Shown: one piece after another, positions 37,672 to 38,527 of the stretch
Position numbering within the stretch: the first letter of the stretch is position 1
Layout: each line of letters begins with the position of its first letter
Origin: Nitrospira sp.
Lineage (GTDB): Bacteria > Nitrospirota > Nitrospiria > Nitrospirales > Nitrospiraceae
Reading direction: 5' to 3'
Assembly: GCA_035454845.1 (NCBI GenBank)
Contig: DATIGH010000025.1
Location: 1 to 38,527, forward strand
Length of the DNA stretch: 38,527 nucleotides
The notes under the pieces: generated by a model
The model's input: only the letters and a program-made list of their open reading frames with translations
What the model was told of the DNA's origin: nothing
Database searches by the model: none
Translations under genes and position numbers: made by a program

Positions 37672-37707
37672 AGATAATTGGTTCCCGTCGCAAGTCAAGA
37701 GGACGGG
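37672..37707 (-). promoter_or_regulatory. Candidate promoter for hsp20 (heat-shock-sigma-like) overlapped by an inverted repeat
   Basis: Minus strand CTTG (37699-96), N17, ATTATCT (37678-72). CCCGTC-N12-GACGGG (37684-37707) brackets the -35. Confidence 0.4.
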
Positions 37708-37905
37708 CCCCCTGCATTCTGGGCTAGGATAGCCAGGAGATTCCTCCGAAGGAGGAGGAAATTTTCGGCAGAAAGCCAAAATTTTCCGTCAGGATTTCCC
37801 GCCCTTTGTTCATGCGCCTGGCATCTTCCGACAGGTGACAGGATGGTTTGAAGAAACACACGGCGAATCGATGACTTCGGACATCCCCCTTTGTAGTTAT
37901 TCGGC

Positions 37906-37921
37906 TGGCCCTGGCATTGCA
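37906..37921 (+). promoter_or_regulatory. Sigma54 (-24/-12) promoter
   Basis: TGGC-cctggca-TTGCA matches TGGC-N7-TTGCW with exact GG/GC spacing, in an intergenic region and pointing at the plus-strand ORFs. Confidence 0.6.
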
Positions 37922-37934
37922 GACCCTGAGGGAC

Positions 37935-38075
37935 ATGCTCTGGCTATTGAAAGCGAAACCTAAGATGTCACCGTTGATGGTACTGCTGCTGTTGAGTCTG
38001 GTACCCTTTCCCATCCTGGCCGTTGCGTTCCTCACCAATCGCTGGATAAAGCCTGCCACGAAGGCGGTCTCTTGA
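37935..38075 (+). CDS. Candidate small membrane protein (46 aa; 36 aa if it starts at ATG 37965)
   Basis: Manual translation MLWLLKAKPKMSPLMVLLLLSLVPFPILAVAFLTNRWIKPATKAVS*: a hydrophobic stretch of about 20 aa flanked by basic residues. Below the ORF-track size cutoff. Confidence 0.5.
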   Translation: MLWLLKAKPKMSPLMVLLLLSLVPFPILAVAFLTNRWIKPATKAVS

Positions 38076-38124
38076 CGAACTCCATGTCCGTGTTACCGAT
38101 CGCTGGGAATAGAAGGATGCACTG

Positions 38125-38370
38125 ATGGCGATCCAACGTCGACACATCCGTATCCAGTTTCCCGGCGCGGCCCTCGTAACCAGGAATCACACTGCCACCC
38201 TGTGTGAGCTCGTGGATATCACCGATGAAGGTCTGCATTTTTCCTCGGACTTGCTGCGAACGCATCTTCACGACGCAGATTCCGAATGCCTGCGAGCGTT
38301 GGTAAACACGATGCATCGCGAGGCCCCTCGAAGGAGGAATACCTTTGAGGGCTGCATGACAGTACACTAA
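38125..38370 (+). CDS. Short PilZ-like protein, apparently with an internal deletion (possible pseudogene)
   Basis: QRRHIR (RxxxR) and DITDEG (D-x-[ST]-x-x-G) motifs, AAGGA upstream, only 81 aa. Confidence 0.55.
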   Translation: MAIQRRHIRIQFPGAALVTRNHTATLCELVDITDEGLHFSSDLLRTHLHDADSECLRALVNTMHREAPRRRNTFEGCMTVH

Positions 38371-38374
38371 CCCC

Positions 38375-38527
38375 ATGGACGATATCAGGCCGTACCACCG
38401 AGGACTCTACCGCCTGCCGTTAACGTATCCAGCTATGTACTGTGTGACGTCGACAGTGGGGGAGGGAAAGATCACCAATCTGTCGGCCATGGGCTGCTCG
38501 ATCGAGACTGACGAACCGCTGAACCAG
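38375..38527 (+). CDS. PilZ domain protein (partial, runs off the right edge)
   Basis: Not in the ORF track. MDDIRPYHRGLYRLPLTYPAMYCVTSTVGEGKITNLSAMGCSIETDEPLNQ has RxxxR (RGLYR) and NxSxxG (NLSAMG). Confidence 0.8.
   Translation, partial: MDDIRPYHRGLYRLPLTYPAMYCVTSTVGEGKITNLSAMGCSIETDEPLNQ

Noticed and set aside
37724-38376. Minus-strand ORFs 37724-38059 and 38032-38376
   Set aside because: No motifs; they lie antisense to better-supported plus-strand features (sigma54 site, TM peptide, PilZ motifs).
1-38527. CRISPR arrays, IS/transposases, integrases, prophage or defence genes
   Set aside because: No spaced direct-repeat array, terminal inverted repeats or relevant protein motifs were seen; intergenic gaps are short and largely accounted for.

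Overview
A GC-rich bacterial core-genome window. Gene content and order, and the short PilZ proteins, suggest Nitrospira/Nitrospirota; this is an inference. Almost all genes are on the minus strand. From right to left: hsp20; cstA-yajQ-BNR/Asp-box lipoprotein; asnS; a complete dcw cluster that lacks mraZ (rsmH, ftsL, ftsI, murE, murF, mraY, murD, ftsW, murG, murC, murB, ddl, ftsQ, ftsA, ftsZ), extended by pgeF, yggS, proC, yggT, divIVA and a beta-lactamase-fold serine hydrolase; a CDP-alcohol phosphatidyltransferase; pilC-pilS-pilR-ispE; and prs-rplY-pth. The plus strand carries a 105-aa hypothetical protein, a secreted protein with two in-register repeat arrays (7 x 10 aa and 6 x 9 aa), and at the right edge a sigma54-type promoter followed by an unannotated membrane peptide and two PilZ-type ORFs. 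I saw no tRNA, rRNA, CRISPR array or mobile element. The best leads are: (1) the secreted dual-repeat protein, a beta-solenoid or functional-amyloid candidate; (2) orphan MraZ-type boxes inside an apparently leaderless rsmH with no mraZ in the cluster; (3) the sigma54 / small peptide / shortened PilZ / PilZ locus; (4) a CstA ending in a YbdD/YjiX-like Cys-Cys tail; (5) a duplicated FtsZ C-terminal peptide. All calls were made by eye; no database searches were run.
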